Assembly (NCBI GenBank): GCA_910576775.1
Contig: CAJTJV010000009.1
Coordinates: 9,066-73,065, forward strand
DNA from: an uncultured Muribaculaceae bacterium
Lineage (GTDB): Bacteria; Bacteroidota; Bacteroidia; Bacteroidales; Muribaculaceae
Direction: 5' to 3'
DNA length: 64,000 bases
Within the stretch, counting starts at the first letter, position 1; each line of letters begins with the position of its first letter. The notes beneath the pieces were generated by a model. The model had not been told where the DNA came from, searched no databases, and was given only the letters and a program-made list of their open reading frames with translations. This document shows positions 29,096 to 39,953 of the stretch, piece by piece. A program made the position numbers and the translations under genes.

Positions 29096-31234
29096 ATGAG
29101 CGGCAATTTTAACAGGTTTTTATTAGCAGCGCTTTTGTTGTGTGCTATTTGTGCGCAGGCGGTTCCGATAGAGCGCACCAGAAGGCATCTTATCGATAGT
29201 CTGGAGGTGCGTCTGCAGGAAATCAATAATCCGGATGACAGCATAGTAACCCTATACAATATTTTCGATCTCAGTTCTGACGATGAAGCGCGGGTGTCGG
29301 CGCTTAACAAATTGTATCTCACAGCAAAGGAACATGGTCGAGAGATCGTTCAGAACGACGCCCTCAAGCATCTGGCGCGCGTCTATCAGGAAAACGACAG
29401 CGTTCTTGGGCTGATAGAGACCGAACTTAACTCTTTCGGCGACAGCGACCGCAACAAAGAAGCTATGCTTTTTGTGAGGATGCTCAGGGCCAGAAATCTT
29501 ATGGCCGGTGATACTCCCGATATGGAGATGGCGCGTATGAATGAGCTATCGGACAGGTATATACTGAATTCCAGTGATGACGAATATCTACAGACGGAAC
29601 TGCTTTATGCGCTGTGCATCGCCATGGGGAAGACTACCCAGACTGAATTGTTAAAATACTACCTTAACCAGTTGCAGGCTAAGGTCGAGGGTATGAGGCT
29701 GCCTATGGGTACAGTCCGCGATCTGGTCTATAAAAGCGCGGCGCCAATTTTTACCAGGAACAGGCTATACAGCGACGCGATAGCTGTAGACAAAAAGAAT
29801 CTCAACATTCTCGACTCTGTGACAACCTCGTATGCAGCCCATGGGCGTCCGTATCGCAATCTATATCCGAACCGCTATGCTGTGTACCGCCGCATGCTTG
29901 CCAACTATCGCGGCTTGCCGGAGGATGATGTCGAATTTTTTTATGCCAAGGTGCGTGAAGCTGCCGCTAACTCTCCTGTCGTAGCGGAAAGCATGAAGGC
30001 GGATGAAGATTGTGAGATATTCTATCGGATGGCGCGCAAGGAGTATGCCAAAGCGTTGCCGGCTCTGAAGCGGCAGGTGGACAACCCGTTCCACCGACAG
30101 ATCCGGCATCTGTTGCTGCGCGAGCTTGTCGGAGCTGCGGGTGCCGTGGGCGACAGTCATACGGAACTGATGGCAGCTCTGGATCTGAAGGATTACTATG
30201 AGAACAAGCTGAATATACGTTATGAAAAAGGCTTCCGGGAACTGCAGAGTATATACGATTTCAACGAACTGAAGAAGGAAGCTGCGCGTCAGGAGATTGA
30301 GGTTAAGGAACGTAATCTCCGCCTGAACAGGTGGATTCTTGGAATTGTCGGAGGTGTGTGTCTGATGCTGGTTATAATGTTTGTGGTTATGTTGCGTCAG
30401 TACCGCCGCATCAAGCATCTTGCGGCAGAGCATCTGAGAACGACAGAAATTCTCCGTACGGAGCGTAACGATCTCAAACTTGTGCAGCAGGAGCTTATCA
30501 AGGCACGCGACAAGGCTTTTGAGTCGGAGAAACTTAAAACGGAGTTCACCAATATGATGAGCCATGAGGTGAAGGCGCCGCTTGCTGCCGTGCAGGAGTA
30601 TTCGCGTCTTATTGTGGACTGTATTCCCGGCGAGCAGAAGAAATATCTCGAACGTTTCGCTTACATAATCGAGCAGAATGTGCGGGCGCTCAACCGGCTT
30701 GTGTCGGATGTGCTTGACATGTCGTCGTTTGAATTCGGCACAATGACTGTTTCCAAGTCGGTCGAGAGTATCGATAATATCTGTCTTGTAGCTATCGACA
30801 GCGTTTTCAATAACGGGAAAGCTACGTCGGATGATGTTAAGGTGGTCTATAACAGCCGTAAACAGCCGGATGCCACTGTTGTTACCGATATGGTGCGTGT
30901 CACGCAGGTGTTGATGAACCTTCTCAACAATGCCGACAAATTTACAGAAAAGGGTACTATCTCGCTCGAATATGAGGTGGACGATGCCAATAATCAGGTG
31001 CGTTTTATTGTCAGTGATACAGGCATCGGTATTCCCGACGATTGCGAAGAGGTGATTTTTGAACGATATCGCAAGCTCAGCCCGCTTTCCAGAGGTCTGG
31101 GGCTTGGCCTGTATATCTCGCGCAAGATAGCCATTCTTCTCAAGGGAGATGTCCGTGTCGACACATCTTATCACGGAGGTGCCCGTTTTATTTTCACTAT
31201 AATGAAGGAGGATTGGGCAGAGGGAGAAAATTAA
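29096..31234 (+). CDS. Membrane sensor histidine kinase (HisKA + HATPase_c) with large helical periplasmic domain
   Basis: Signal/TM segments; H-box MSHEVKAPL, N-box NLLNNADKF, DTGIG, GLGLGL. Confidence 0.9.
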   Translation: MSGNFNRFLLAALLLCAICAQAVPIERTRRHLIDSLEVRLQEINNPDDSIVTLYNIFDLSSDDEARVSALNKLYLTAKEHGREIVQNDALKHLARVYQENDSVLGLIETELNSFGDSDRNKEAMLFVRMLRARNLMAGDTPDMEMARMNELSDRYILNSSDDEYLQTELLYALCIAMGKTTQTELLKYYLNQLQAKVEGMRLPMGTVRDLVYKSAAPIFTRNRLYSDAIAVDKKNLNILDSVTTSYAAHGRPYRNLYPNRYAVYRRMLANYRGLPEDDVEFFYAKVREAAANSPVVAESMKADEDCEIFYRMARKEYAKALPALKRQVDNPFHRQIRHLLLRELVGAAGAVGDSHTELMAALDLKDYYENKLNIRYEKGFRELQSIYDFNELKKEAARQEIEVKERNLRLNRWILGIVGGVCLMLVIMFVVMLRQYRRIKHLAAEHLRTTEILRTERNDLKLVQQELIKARDKAFESEKLKTEFTNMMSHEVKAPLAAVQEYSRLIVDCIPGEQKKYLERFAYIIEQNVRALNRLVSDVLDMSSFEFGTMTVSKSVESIDNICLVAIDSVFNNGKATSDDVKVVYNSRKQPDATVVTDMVRVTQVLMNLLNNADKFTEKGTISLEYEVDDANNQVRFIVSDTGIGIPDDCEEVIFERYRKLSPLSRGLGLGLYISRKIAILLKGDVRVDTSYHGGARFIFTIMKEDWAEGEN

Positions 31235-33570
31235 ACGTTAGGTGGTGCATTTTCGCCATTGCAGCTGTAGCCGCTCTTTGCGGTTGCAGTTCGGTGAAAC
31301 ATGTGCCTGACGGAAATTATCTGCTTGATGATGTACATATCACTGTCGATGACGGCAAGGATGTCGATACCCGGGAGCTTTTCAACTTTCTGCGCCAGAC
31401 GCCTAACCACAAGGTGCTTGGCTTCGCCAAGCTGCAGCTTGCCACATACAGTCTGTCGGGACGCGACAGCACCAAATGGTACAACCGCTGGCTTCGCCGT
31501 GTGGGGGCGCCGCCTGTGATCTACGATCCTGCGCTTACAGAGGCTTCATGCCGTCAGTTGCGTCTTGCTCTGGTGAATAACGGGTATCTTGACGCTGAGG
31601 TGATTTCGGATACGGTGTCGGACGGCAAACGTATGGAGGTGAACTATCTGATTACTGCCGGAGAGCCGCATAGGGTATCGGATGTGAGCTATAATATTCC
31701 TGACAGCGCCATCCGTAATATTGTAATGGCCGATACCGCAGGTTCTGCCGTGCGTCCGGGTATTCTTCTTGACCGCAATCTGCTCGACGGGGAGCGTGCG
31801 CGCATAACGCGCCTTTTACGGGATGCCGGATACTATGATTTCAACCGCGAGCATATCAATTTCACCGCAGATACAGTTGCCGGCAGCAAGCAGACTGCGC
31901 TCACTCTGAATCTGCACAATCCCGACGGGCGCCATGGTCGCTCAGCCATTGCCGTGCTCGCCGACAGTCTCGGTTTCGATGCCTCGGAACATCACCGTTA
32001 TATCATCCGCAATGTGACTTTCGCTATCGACAAAGCTGCTGTCAACGACACTGTTCTCTATAACGGCCTCTATTTCATATATGGGAACGGCCATCGGTTG
32101 CTCAAGCCGAAGCTACTTGACGAGATGTGCTATATACAGCCCGGCAAACCTTATTCAGCCGCGGAGGTGGAACGTACATATGAAGCACTTGGCCGCCTGA
32201 GTATTATAAAATACATCAGCATAGAGATGATTCCTGTCGGCTCTATAGATGAACTCGGGATGCTTGACGCTGTAATAAATCTTACCCGAAACAAAAAGCA
32301 GAGCGCGTCGCTCGAACTTGAGGGCACTAACTCCGAAGGCGATCTTGGTTTCGGTGTCGGGCTCACATACCAGCACCGCAATCTTGCCCATGGATCGGAA
32401 TTGCTTACTGCAAAGATTCGCGGTTCATACGAGAGCCTTTCCGGCAATTTCGACGGACTTATCAACAAGCGCTACACGGAATTTGCCGGAGAGGTCGGCA
32501 TTACCTTCCCGAAATTCGAGTGTCCGTTTCTCTCCAAGAGTTTCAAGCAGAGACGCCTTGCTTCGACAGAGTTTACTCTGTCGGCAAACTATCAGGAGCG
32601 TCCTGAATATACGCGTGTCATTTTCGGTACGGCCTGGAAATGGAAATGGCAGCATATGCGTGACGGTTATCTGCGTCGCCAGTCGTATGATCTTATTGAC
32701 ATAAACTATGTGCGGTTGCCTCGGTCTACCATCAATTTCATCGATTCCGTGGCTCCTTCCAATCCTCTGTTACGCTACAGCTACGAGGATCACTTTATCA
32801 TGCGGATGGGTTATATCTACCATATCACCAACCGTCGTCAGCCTTCGGCCATGACTAATGCCCTGTCGGTACAACCGGTGGTTACAAGTCTGCGAGTGGC
32901 AGGCGAAATGGCAGGCAATCTTCTCTACGGTATTTCCAATGCTGTGGGACAGAAGAAATCGGACGGCGTCTACAAGATTCTCGGTATCCAGTATGCCCAG
33001 TATGTCAAAGGTGAGGTGGATTATACCTATACCCGCAATTTCGATACCCGCAACTCGATTGCCCTCCACGGAGGCTTCGGAATAGCTTATCCATATGGAA
33101 ATTCGTCGATGGTGCCTTTTGAAAAGCGTTTCTACGCAGGTGGCGCCAACGGTGTCCGTGGCTGGGGTGTCCGTACTCTCGGCCCGGGATCCTATAATGC
33201 CAAGAATTCGGTTACCGACTTTATCAACCAGTGCGGCGATATCCGGCTTGATCTCTCGATAGAGTATCGTGCGAAGCTTTTCTGGGTGCTCGAAGGGGCT
33301 CTGTTCATTGATGCCGGCAATGTGTGGACTATCCGCGACTACGAAAATCAGCCCGGCGGTCTGTTCAAGTTCAATGAATTCTATAAGCAGATAGCGCTGG
33401 CCTATGGTGTCGGTCTGCGTCTGGATTTCACTTATTTTCTGTTGCGTCTCGACCTTGGCCTTAAAGCCCACAATCCGGCCATAGGCGAGGGGCAGGTGCG
33501 TTGGCCGATTCTCCATCCCAAATGGAGCCGCGACGCCAATTTCCATTTCTCCGTGGGCTATCCTTTCTGA
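31213..33570 (+). CDS. tamL: BamA/TamA-family lipoprotein (TamL)
   Basis: Lipobox LCGC + SSVKHVPDGNYLL; POTRA-like region; FYAGGANGVRGW; C-terminal VGYPF; start codon uncertain (TTG). Confidence 0.85.
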   Translation: MGRGRKLNVRWCIFAIAAVAALCGCSSVKHVPDGNYLLDDVHITVDDGKDVDTRELFNFLRQTPNHKVLGFAKLQLATYSLSGRDSTKWYNRWLRRVGAPPVIYDPALTEASCRQLRLALVNNGYLDAEVISDTVSDGKRMEVNYLITAGEPHRVSDVSYNIPDSAIRNIVMADTAGSAVRPGILLDRNLLDGERARITRLLRDAGYYDFNREHINFTADTVAGSKQTALTLNLHNPDGRHGRSAIAVLADSLGFDASEHHRYIIRNVTFAIDKAAVNDTVLYNGLYFIYGNGHRLLKPKLLDEMCYIQPGKPYSAAEVERTYEALGRLSIIKYISIEMIPVGSIDELGMLDAVINLTRNKKQSASLELEGTNSEGDLGFGVGLTYQHRNLAHGSELLTAKIRGSYESLSGNFDGLINKRYTEFAGEVGITFPKFECPFLSKSFKQRRLASTEFTLSANYQERPEYTRVIFGTAWKWKWQHMRDGYLRRQSYDLIDINYVRLPRSTINFIDSVAPSNPLLRYSYEDHFIMRMGYIYHITNRRQPSAMTNALSVQPVVTSLRVAGEMAGNLLYGISNAVGQKKSDGVYKILGIQYAQYVKGEVDYTYTRNFDTRNSIALHGGFGIAYPYGNSSMVPFEKRFYAGGANGVRGWGVRTLGPGSYNAKNSVTDFINQCGDIRLDLSIEYRAKLFWVLEGALFIDAGNVWTIRDYENQPGGLFKFNEFYKQIALAYGVGLRLDFTYFLLRLDLGLKAHNPAIGEGQVRWPILHPKWSRDANFHFSVGYPF

Positions 33571-33572
33571 TT

Positions 33573-34232
33573 ATGAAATCATATGTAATTTTCGATCTCG
33601 ACGGAACACTTCTCAATACTATCGATGATCTTGCCGATGCTACCAATCACGCTATGGCGCAGCTTGGATTTCCCACACATGGCCGCTGGGTATACCCGAA
33701 TATGGTAGGTAATGGCGTTGCAAAGCTTATAGAGCGTGCTTTACCGGATGACGCCCGGTCGGAAAAGAATATCCGCGACGCTCTTGCCGCTTTCAGGAGT
33801 TACTACGACGACCATTGTACAGATGCCACGGTTCCATATCCCGGTATTACGGAGCTTATTGCGGATCTTTCTGCAAAAGGGGTTAATCTGGCTGTGACGT
33901 CGAACAAATATGAGCTTGCCGTAACTAAAATCATTCATCACTATTTCCCGTCGGCCAATTTCCGTGCAGTCCTCGGCAATGTGGAGGGGCTGCCCCGCAA
34001 ACCGGATCCTTCGATTGTATTCAAGGCGTTATCGATGTGCCCGACACCTAAATCTCAGGTGCTTTATGTGGGGGATTCGGGGGTGGATATGGAGACCGCA
34101 CGCCGCGCGTGCGTGGAGTCGGTAGGCGTTACATGGGGCTTCAGACCTATAACGGAGCTGAAACAGGCTTATGCGGACCATATAATTTCTACGCCGTCGC
34201 AGATAATAGACCTGCTCGGGGCGACCGATTGA
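33573..34232 (+). CDS. HAD hydrolase (phosphoglycolate phosphatase-like)
   Basis: FDLDGTLLNT, KPDP, YVGDSGVD, VTWGFR. Confidence 0.88.
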   Translation: MKSYVIFDLDGTLLNTIDDLADATNHAMAQLGFPTHGRWVYPNMVGNGVAKLIERALPDDARSEKNIRDALAAFRSYYDDHCTDATVPYPGITELIADLSAKGVNLAVTSNKYELAVTKIIHHYFPSANFRAVLGNVEGLPRKPDPSIVFKALSMCPTPKSQVLYVGDSGVDMETARRACVESVGVTWGFRPITELKQAYADHIISTPSQIIDLLGATD

Positions 34233-35099
34233 CTACATACGCATAAGTGCGGTAACAATGTCGGGCAGCGGTGCGTCCTTCAGCAGAACCGTGCCATCCG
34301 GAGCCAAAAGATAGAATTCAGGGAACTCCGATATCATATAAAGCTCGTCGGTATCGATTTTGCCGTTGTCGCAGCCGTCAGTCCATGATTCCGGAAATAT
34401 CGGTCGGCTCTCTTTCCAAGGTTCGAGTTCTCCGGGATTGATTGCGATAATGGCTGCCCGTCCCTGATCGATGCGTGTCGACAGCAAGTTGTCATGAGCC
34501 ATTTCATCGGCAGCAGCATGGCAGATGTCGCAGTCGGGATCGTAGAAAAACAGGATTGTCGGCTTGCCGAGGCATTCATAAAGGCTTCGTTTGCAATTTT
34601 TCCGGTCTATAAAGGTGAAATCCGCGCATTTGGTTCCTTCCATGTTCTTTGCCGTCATCTCCAACAGCCATTGTGTGCGCACACTGTCCGGGGTGCCGGC
34701 TCTTAGCATCTCTTCGAGGAAGATTACAAACAATTTTTCGTCACGCATAGGCGATGCGGCATCGAAAAGATAGTTTTCGATAGTCTGCGCGAGTGCCGGG
34801 GCTGACGCTTTGTCGATTCCGGAGGCTTTGATTGCAGAGGCAAAGGCGCTGTGGCGCGCACTGTCGCCACTCATTATTGGGAAAACTGATAGAAAATTGG
34901 CGACATTCTGTGCCATGTATTCATCTTCGAGAGCCGTTGTGTCTGTAAAGTCCATGGCGTCCCAGAAATGGGCGCCTACATAGTCGGCGCGTGCGGCGGG
35001 GGTGCGCAGGTCGGAAGGAACTGCCGGTAATGGCAGTTCTTTAGCGGCGAGCGTTGCCGCAAGACACAGAAGGGCTACAGCCGGTAGGAATGCTTTCAT
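34233..35099 (-). CDS. DUF5106-like / thioredoxin-fold exported protein
   Basis: Signal peptide; HFWD motif; FYDPDCDIC CxxC. Confidence 0.8.
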   Translation of the reverse strand: MKAFLPAVALLCLAATLAAKELPLPAVPSDLRTPAARADYVGAHFWDAMDFTDTTALEDEYMAQNVANFLSVFPIMSGDSARHSAFASAIKASGIDKASAPALAQTIENYLFDAASPMRDEKLFVIFLEEMLRAGTPDSVRTQWLLEMTAKNMEGTKCADFTFIDRKNCKRSLYECLGKPTILFFYDPDCDICHAAADEMAHDNLLSTRIDQGRAAIIAINPGELEPWKESRPIFPESWTDGCDNGKIDTDELYMISEFPEFYLLAPDGTVLLKDAPLPDIVTALMRM

Positions 35100-35153
35100 C
35101 TTCTACATGTTTATATTGTTGCAAATTTAGTATATATCTGATGAATGCACAAG

Positions 35154-35185
35154 AAAAAACTCCGCCGGGGCGGCGGAGCTTTTTT
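35154..35185 (-). terminator. Rho-independent terminator after pgm
   Basis: CTCCGCCG/CGGCGGAG stem flanked by A and T runs. Confidence 0.75.
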
Positions 35186-35205
35186 GGTATGAAGGGGGTG
35201 TGTTA

Positions 35206-36954
35206 TCAGATTCCGAGATCTTTCTTGATGACTGAAATTTTGGCGACCGCGTCGGCATTGCAACGGGCGTAGTCGTCGAGATCTTTCATCGTGTCGTGTA
35301 CTTCGATATAGAATTTGATTTTGGGTTCAGTTCCGGACGGACGGATGGAAATCTTTGTGTTATCTTCCGTGAAGAACTGTAGCACGTTCGAGGTGGTTGG
35401 GAAATCCATCTTTGTAACCTTTCCTGTGCGCAGGTCGGTGCAATTAAGATCAGCATAGTCTTTTACAATCACGATTGGGCTGCCGCCGAGCTGTTTGGGC
35501 GGATTGGCGCGGAAATCGACCATCATTTTCTGAATTTCTTCAGCACCTGTCTTTCCGGGACGTACAACACTGATGCCCTCTTCGTGGCTGTAGCCGTTCT
35601 TTAGGTAGATTTCCTGAAGCATCTTGTTGAAATCGAGGCCACGGTCTTTTGCCCAGGCGCATATTTCAGCCATAAGCGAGATTGCGGACACAGAGTCTTT
35701 GTCGCGGCAGAAATCTTCTGCGAGGAAGCCGTAGCTTTCTTCACCGCCGCCGAGATAGCGTTCGGTGCCTTCGAGGTCGCGGATAACGTTTGCAATCCAT
35801 TTGAATCCGGTGTAGCAGTCGAACATCTTTACGTTCTGGTTTTCTGCTATTGCTTTGATTGTTTCAGTGGTAACGATAGTCTTCACTACATATTCATTGC
35901 CTTTGAGCAGGCCGAGCTCGCGGTTGCGGAGCATGATGTAGTTCATAAGAATCATCACAATCTGGTTGCCGTTGATAAGCTGGTATTCGCCGTTGTTGTC
36001 GCGGATTACACAGCCGATACGGTCGGCATCCGGATCGGAGGCCACAACGAGATCCGCGCCTACTTCCTTGGCTTTTTCTATTGCCATGGCCATTGCGGAG
36101 GCATTCTCGGGATTGGGAGAGTCCACTGTGGGGAAACTGCCGTCGGGAATGTCCTGCTCGGGTACGTGAATGATGTTGCGGAAGCCGTAGTTGCGCAACG
36201 AATCTGGCACAAGTTTCACGCCGGTGCCGTGGATGGGAGTGTAGACAATCTTTAAGTCTGCGTGACGTTTGATAACTTCCGGGTCGAGCGAGAGTGTCTT
36301 GATAGCGGCAAGGAATTTGTTGTCCATTTCTTCACCGATAATCTCGATAAGTTCCGGCTTGCCTTCGAATTTTATTTCTTTTGCGGATTTGATGCGGTTC
36401 ACATGGTCGATGATATTCACATCGTGGGGCGCGATAATCTGTGCGCCATCGCTCCAGTAAGCTTTGTAGCCATTGTATTCCTTCGGATTGTGGCTGGCGG
36501 TGATGTTTACGCCGCTCTGGCATCCGAGCTGACGGATAGCAAAAGAAAGTTCGGGGGTCGGACGGAAAGAGTCGAAAAGATATACCTTGATGCCGTTGGC
36601 GGAGAATATGTTGGCAACGATTTCTGCGAATTTACGTGAATTGTGGCGAACGTCATGGCCTACAGCCACACTAATCTGAGGCATATCGGGGAATGCCTCG
36701 TGGAGATAGTTGGCGAGGCCCTGGGTGGCTGCGCCTACAGTGTAGATGTTCATGCGGTTGCTACCTGCGCCCATTATGCCGCGCAGACCGCCGGTACCGA
36801 ATTCAAGGTCTTTGTAGAACGACTCGATAAGTTCTGTTTTGTCGTCAGCCTCGAGCATGCGGCGAACTTCGGCTTTGGTCTCTTCATCATAGCCGTCGCC
36901 CAGCCATGACTGAGCCTTTACAGTTACCTGTTCAAGGAGTTTGTCGTTATTCAT
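35206..36954 (-). CDS. pgm: Phosphoglucomutase / phospho-sugar mutase
   Basis: FGTGGLRG, TASHNP, DPDADR, GEES, RPSGTEPKIK; ATG at 36954 chosen. Confidence 0.93.
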   Translation of the reverse strand: MNNDKLLEQVTVKAQSWLGDGYDEETKAEVRRMLEADDKTELIESFYKDLEFGTGGLRGIMGAGSNRMNIYTVGAATQGLANYLHEAFPDMPQISVAVGHDVRHNSRKFAEIVANIFSANGIKVYLFDSFRPTPELSFAIRQLGCQSGVNITASHNPKEYNGYKAYWSDGAQIIAPHDVNIIDHVNRIKSAKEIKFEGKPELIEIIGEEMDNKFLAAIKTLSLDPEVIKRHADLKIVYTPIHGTGVKLVPDSLRNYGFRNIIHVPEQDIPDGSFPTVDSPNPENASAMAMAIEKAKEVGADLVVASDPDADRIGCVIRDNNGEYQLINGNQIVMILMNYIMLRNRELGLLKGNEYVVKTIVTTETIKAIAENQNVKMFDCYTGFKWIANVIRDLEGTERYLGGGEESYGFLAEDFCRDKDSVSAISLMAEICAWAKDRGLDFNKMLQEIYLKNGYSHEEGISVVRPGKTGAEEIQKMMVDFRANPPKQLGGSPIVIVKDYADLNCTDLRTGKVTKMDFPTTSNVLQFFTEDNTKISIRPSGTEPKIKFYIEVHDTMKDLDDYARCNADAVAKISVIKKDLGI

Positions 36955-37123
36955 TTTTGAGTCAGTTATGTTATGAGTATTTTTGTCGATATGGCAAAGG
37001 TAGACTTTTGCCATTAGATATACAAATTTTTCAGGGCTTAAGTTTTGTGCTTTACTTACCAAAAACCGATGAAAAATAGCTAATTTTGCAATAACGGACA
37101 GGCATTGCCGTTTTCTATTATAT

Positions 37124-39097
37124 ATGAAGAGGATAAATCTATTGATGGTTGCCGGCGCATTGGTCGCCGTTTTGGCAGCGACATCTTGCCGCGGCCCAAA
37201 ACTCTCTGTCGCCAACGAACAGATGGCGCGTGGCGAATATTTCGATGCGTCGAAAACTTATCGCAAAATCTATAATAAGCTTACCAAGCGAGAGGAACGT
37301 CCTCAGCGCGGGGAGGTCGCCTTCAAGATGGCCGAATGCCACCGACATCTTAATCAGTTCGCGCGTGCCGCCGCCGCGTATCAGAATGCCGCACGCTATG
37401 GTTATCCGGACTCCACTCTATATCTGTATATGGGGCAGATGCTTGCTGCGGACGGCAAATACGCTCCGGCTGTGACAGCGCTGAAGGATTATCTGCAATG
37501 GAAACCAGGCGACGAGCTGGCTCGAAACGCTCTTGCCGGTGCTGAATATGCTTTGGGAAAGAAGGGGGCGACGCGCTATGTTGTTCGCAATGCCAAGCTT
37601 TTCAACTCCCGCCGTGCCGACTATGCCCCGATGTATCTCGACCGCAGTCTCGACCAGCTTTATTTCACTACTACCACTGAAAAGGTGACAGGAAACCAGA
37701 AGAGCGAGATTACAGGCATGAAAAAGGGAGATATCTGGTTTGCCACCAAAAACGAGCGAGGCGAATGGAAGCGTCCGGAACCGGTGGAAGGCGAACTGAA
37801 TACGGATGCGGACGAGGGAACTCCGGCTTTTACGCCGGACGGCCAGACTATGTATCTCAGTCGTGCGCGTCGGGAACCGAATTCCAATACCGGTGTTGAG
37901 ATATACACGTCTTCACGTTCGGATGCCAAATGGAGCGCGCCTGTAAAATATGAAATAACCTCGGATACCATTTCAAGTTACGCCCATCCGGCAGTGTCGC
38001 CCGACGGCGCATGGCTTTATTTCACGTCCGACATGCCGGGCGGCCAGGGCGGACGCGACATATGGCGCGTCAACCTGAAGGACAAACAGGGTTCACTCGA
38101 GAATCTTGGCGAGTGGATTAATACTCCAGGTGATGAGATGTTCCCATATGTACGCTCTGATTCCACCCTCTATTTTGCATCCAACGGGCATCCGGGCTAT
38201 GGTGGCCTCGATATTTTCTGTGCGCGTCTTACAAAATCGGGCGGCTGGACTGTTACAAACATGGGTACGCCCGTAAACTCTGCCGCCGATGATTTCGGTA
38301 TTACTTTCGGAGAAGGTGAAAGCGGTTTTTTCAGCTCTAACCGCGGCGACAACCGTGGTTACGATCATATTTATTCCTTTGAGCTTCCCGAACTTAAGAT
38401 AACGATTTCAGGCTGGGTGCTTGACAAGGACGAAGAGCCGGTGCCGAACGCCGTCATCCGTATTGTCGGTAACGACGGCTCGAACCAGAAACAGATTGCC
38501 CGCAACGACGGATCATTCTCATTTCCGCTTGATCGAGGGGTGAGCTATGTGATGCTTGCCGGAGCAAAGGGTTATCTCAATGCCAAACAGGAGTTTACAA
38601 GTGATATTGCTGAGGAAGACGCCGATTATGCGGTGGATTTTATTCTGTCGTCGATAACGAAGCCGGTGGTAATCGACAATATTTTCTATGATTTCGACAA
38701 GGCCACTCTGCGACCGGAATCACAGACCGCGCTCGATGAGATGGCACAGGTACTTCGCGACAATCCTAATGTCACAATCGAGATGGCATCACATACTGAT
38801 CGCAAAGGCTCCGAAGAATATAATATAGACCTTTCGAGCCGCCGTGCCAAGTCTGTGATTGATTATCTTATTTCCGTCGGTATTGCTCCGGAGAGATTGC
38901 AGAGCCACGGATACGGAAAATCTCGACCGAAAACTATAACCAAAAAGCTTGCCCGTGAGTATCCGCAATTCAAGGAAGGTGATGTACTCACTGAAGAATA
39001 TATAGAAACTCTTTCCGAAGAAGACCGGGAGGCCGCCGATCAGATAAACCGGCGCACGGAGTTCCAGGTGTTATCGATAGATTATCAGATGTTCTGA
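37124..39097 (+). CDS. porE: PorE-like T9SS lipoprotein (TPR, PD40, carboxypeptidase-regulatory and OmpA domains)
   Basis: Lipobox ATSC; TPR; PD40 repeats (HPAVSPDG, GGQGGRDIW); OmpA C-terminus SHTD..N..LS.RRA..NRRTEF. Confidence 0.8.
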   Translation: MKRINLLMVAGALVAVLAATSCRGPKLSVANEQMARGEYFDASKTYRKIYNKLTKREERPQRGEVAFKMAECHRHLNQFARAAAAYQNAARYGYPDSTLYLYMGQMLAADGKYAPAVTALKDYLQWKPGDELARNALAGAEYALGKKGATRYVVRNAKLFNSRRADYAPMYLDRSLDQLYFTTTTEKVTGNQKSEITGMKKGDIWFATKNERGEWKRPEPVEGELNTDADEGTPAFTPDGQTMYLSRARREPNSNTGVEIYTSSRSDAKWSAPVKYEITSDTISSYAHPAVSPDGAWLYFTSDMPGGQGGRDIWRVNLKDKQGSLENLGEWINTPGDEMFPYVRSDSTLYFASNGHPGYGGLDIFCARLTKSGGWTVTNMGTPVNSAADDFGITFGEGESGFFSSNRGDNRGYDHIYSFELPELKITISGWVLDKDEEPVPNAVIRIVGNDGSNQKQIARNDGSFSFPLDRGVSYVMLAGAKGYLNAKQEFTSDIAEEDADYAVDFILSSITKPVVIDNIFYDFDKATLRPESQTALDEMAQVLRDNPNVTIEMASHTDRKGSEEYNIDLSSRRAKSVIDYLISVGIAPERLQSHGYGKSRPKTITKKLAREYPQFKEGDVLTEEYIETLSEEDREAADQINRRTEFQVLSIDYQMF

Positions 39098-39098
39098 C

Positions 39099-39953
39099 AT
39101 GAAATTCCGTACAGAAATAGAACCTGTTAAAAGCATGGTAAGCATCAGCCACGGCACTCCGTTGCTGATGCTTGGCTCTTGTTTTACCGATGAGATTGGC
39201 GGGCGTCTTGAAGCTGACGGTTTCGATGTTCTCCACAATCCGTTAGGTGCTCTCTATAATCCTATGTCGATTGCAAACTGTTTGTATCGCGCTTTGTCGG
39301 GTAAAGTCTATACTTTAGCAGACCTGACACATGGATCGAGAGGTTTCCATTGTCTGGATTATGCCATGCGATTCAGTGGAGCGGATGCACAGGATGTTTT
39401 AAAAGACGTGAACATTTGTCAGAGCTCTGTTGCTGATATTCTTCAGAGGCGCCCGGTAGTTATACTTACATTCGGCACGTCTTTTGTATTTGAAAGGGCG
39501 GACAACGGAGATGTTGTAGGGAACTGCCATAAGTTCCCGGCATCGTTTTTTAAACGGCGGATGCTTTCTGTGGAAGAATGTACGGGAGTTATTGACGATA
39601 TTATAGCAATGGTAGCTCCGGTTGCGTCGGCTGTGCTTATTACTGTAAGTCCGATACGTCATACTGCCGATGGTCTCCATGGCAACAATCTTTCCAAAGC
39701 CACGCTTTTGCTTGCCTGTGACAGTGCTGTTGCATCAAATTTTTCAGTTGAGTATTTCCCGGCGTATGAGGCTCTTGTCGATGACTTGAGAGACTATCGT
39801 TTTTATGCCGCAGATATGAAACACCCTTCCGAAATGGCGGTAGATTACATTTACGAACTTTTTTCCGACACATTTTTCGACGCCGGCACAAGGGCTCGGG
39901 CGCTTCAGTGCCGTCGCGAGCATATGGCCTCGCGCCATCGTCCCATATTATGA
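39099..39953 (+). CDS. GSCFA-domain protein (SGNH-like hydrolase)
   Basis: LGSCFT, YNP.SI, NCHK, TVSPIRH, YFPAYE, DLRDYRFY, HPS. Confidence 0.9.
   Translation: MKFRTEIEPVKSMVSISHGTPLLMLGSCFTDEIGGRLEADGFDVLHNPLGALYNPMSIANCLYRALSGKVYTLADLTHGSRGFHCLDYAMRFSGADAQDVLKDVNICQSSVADILQRRPVVILTFGTSFVFERADNGDVVGNCHKFPASFFKRRMLSVEECTGVIDDIIAMVAPVASAVLITVSPIRHTADGLHGNNLSKATLLLACDSAVASNFSVEYFPAYEALVDDLRDYRFYAADMKHPSEMAVDYIYELFSDTFFDAGTRARALQCRREHMASRHRPIL

Noticed and set aside
29861..31174. 437-aa antisense ORF, plus similar shadow ORFs at 22944..23828, 3899..4684 and 32770..33546
   Set aside because: They overlap well-supported genes and show no recognisable motifs
36955..37215. N-terminal extension of pgm given in the ORF track
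   Set aside because: It overlaps porE and the divergent promoter region; MNNDKLL at 36954 is the plausible start
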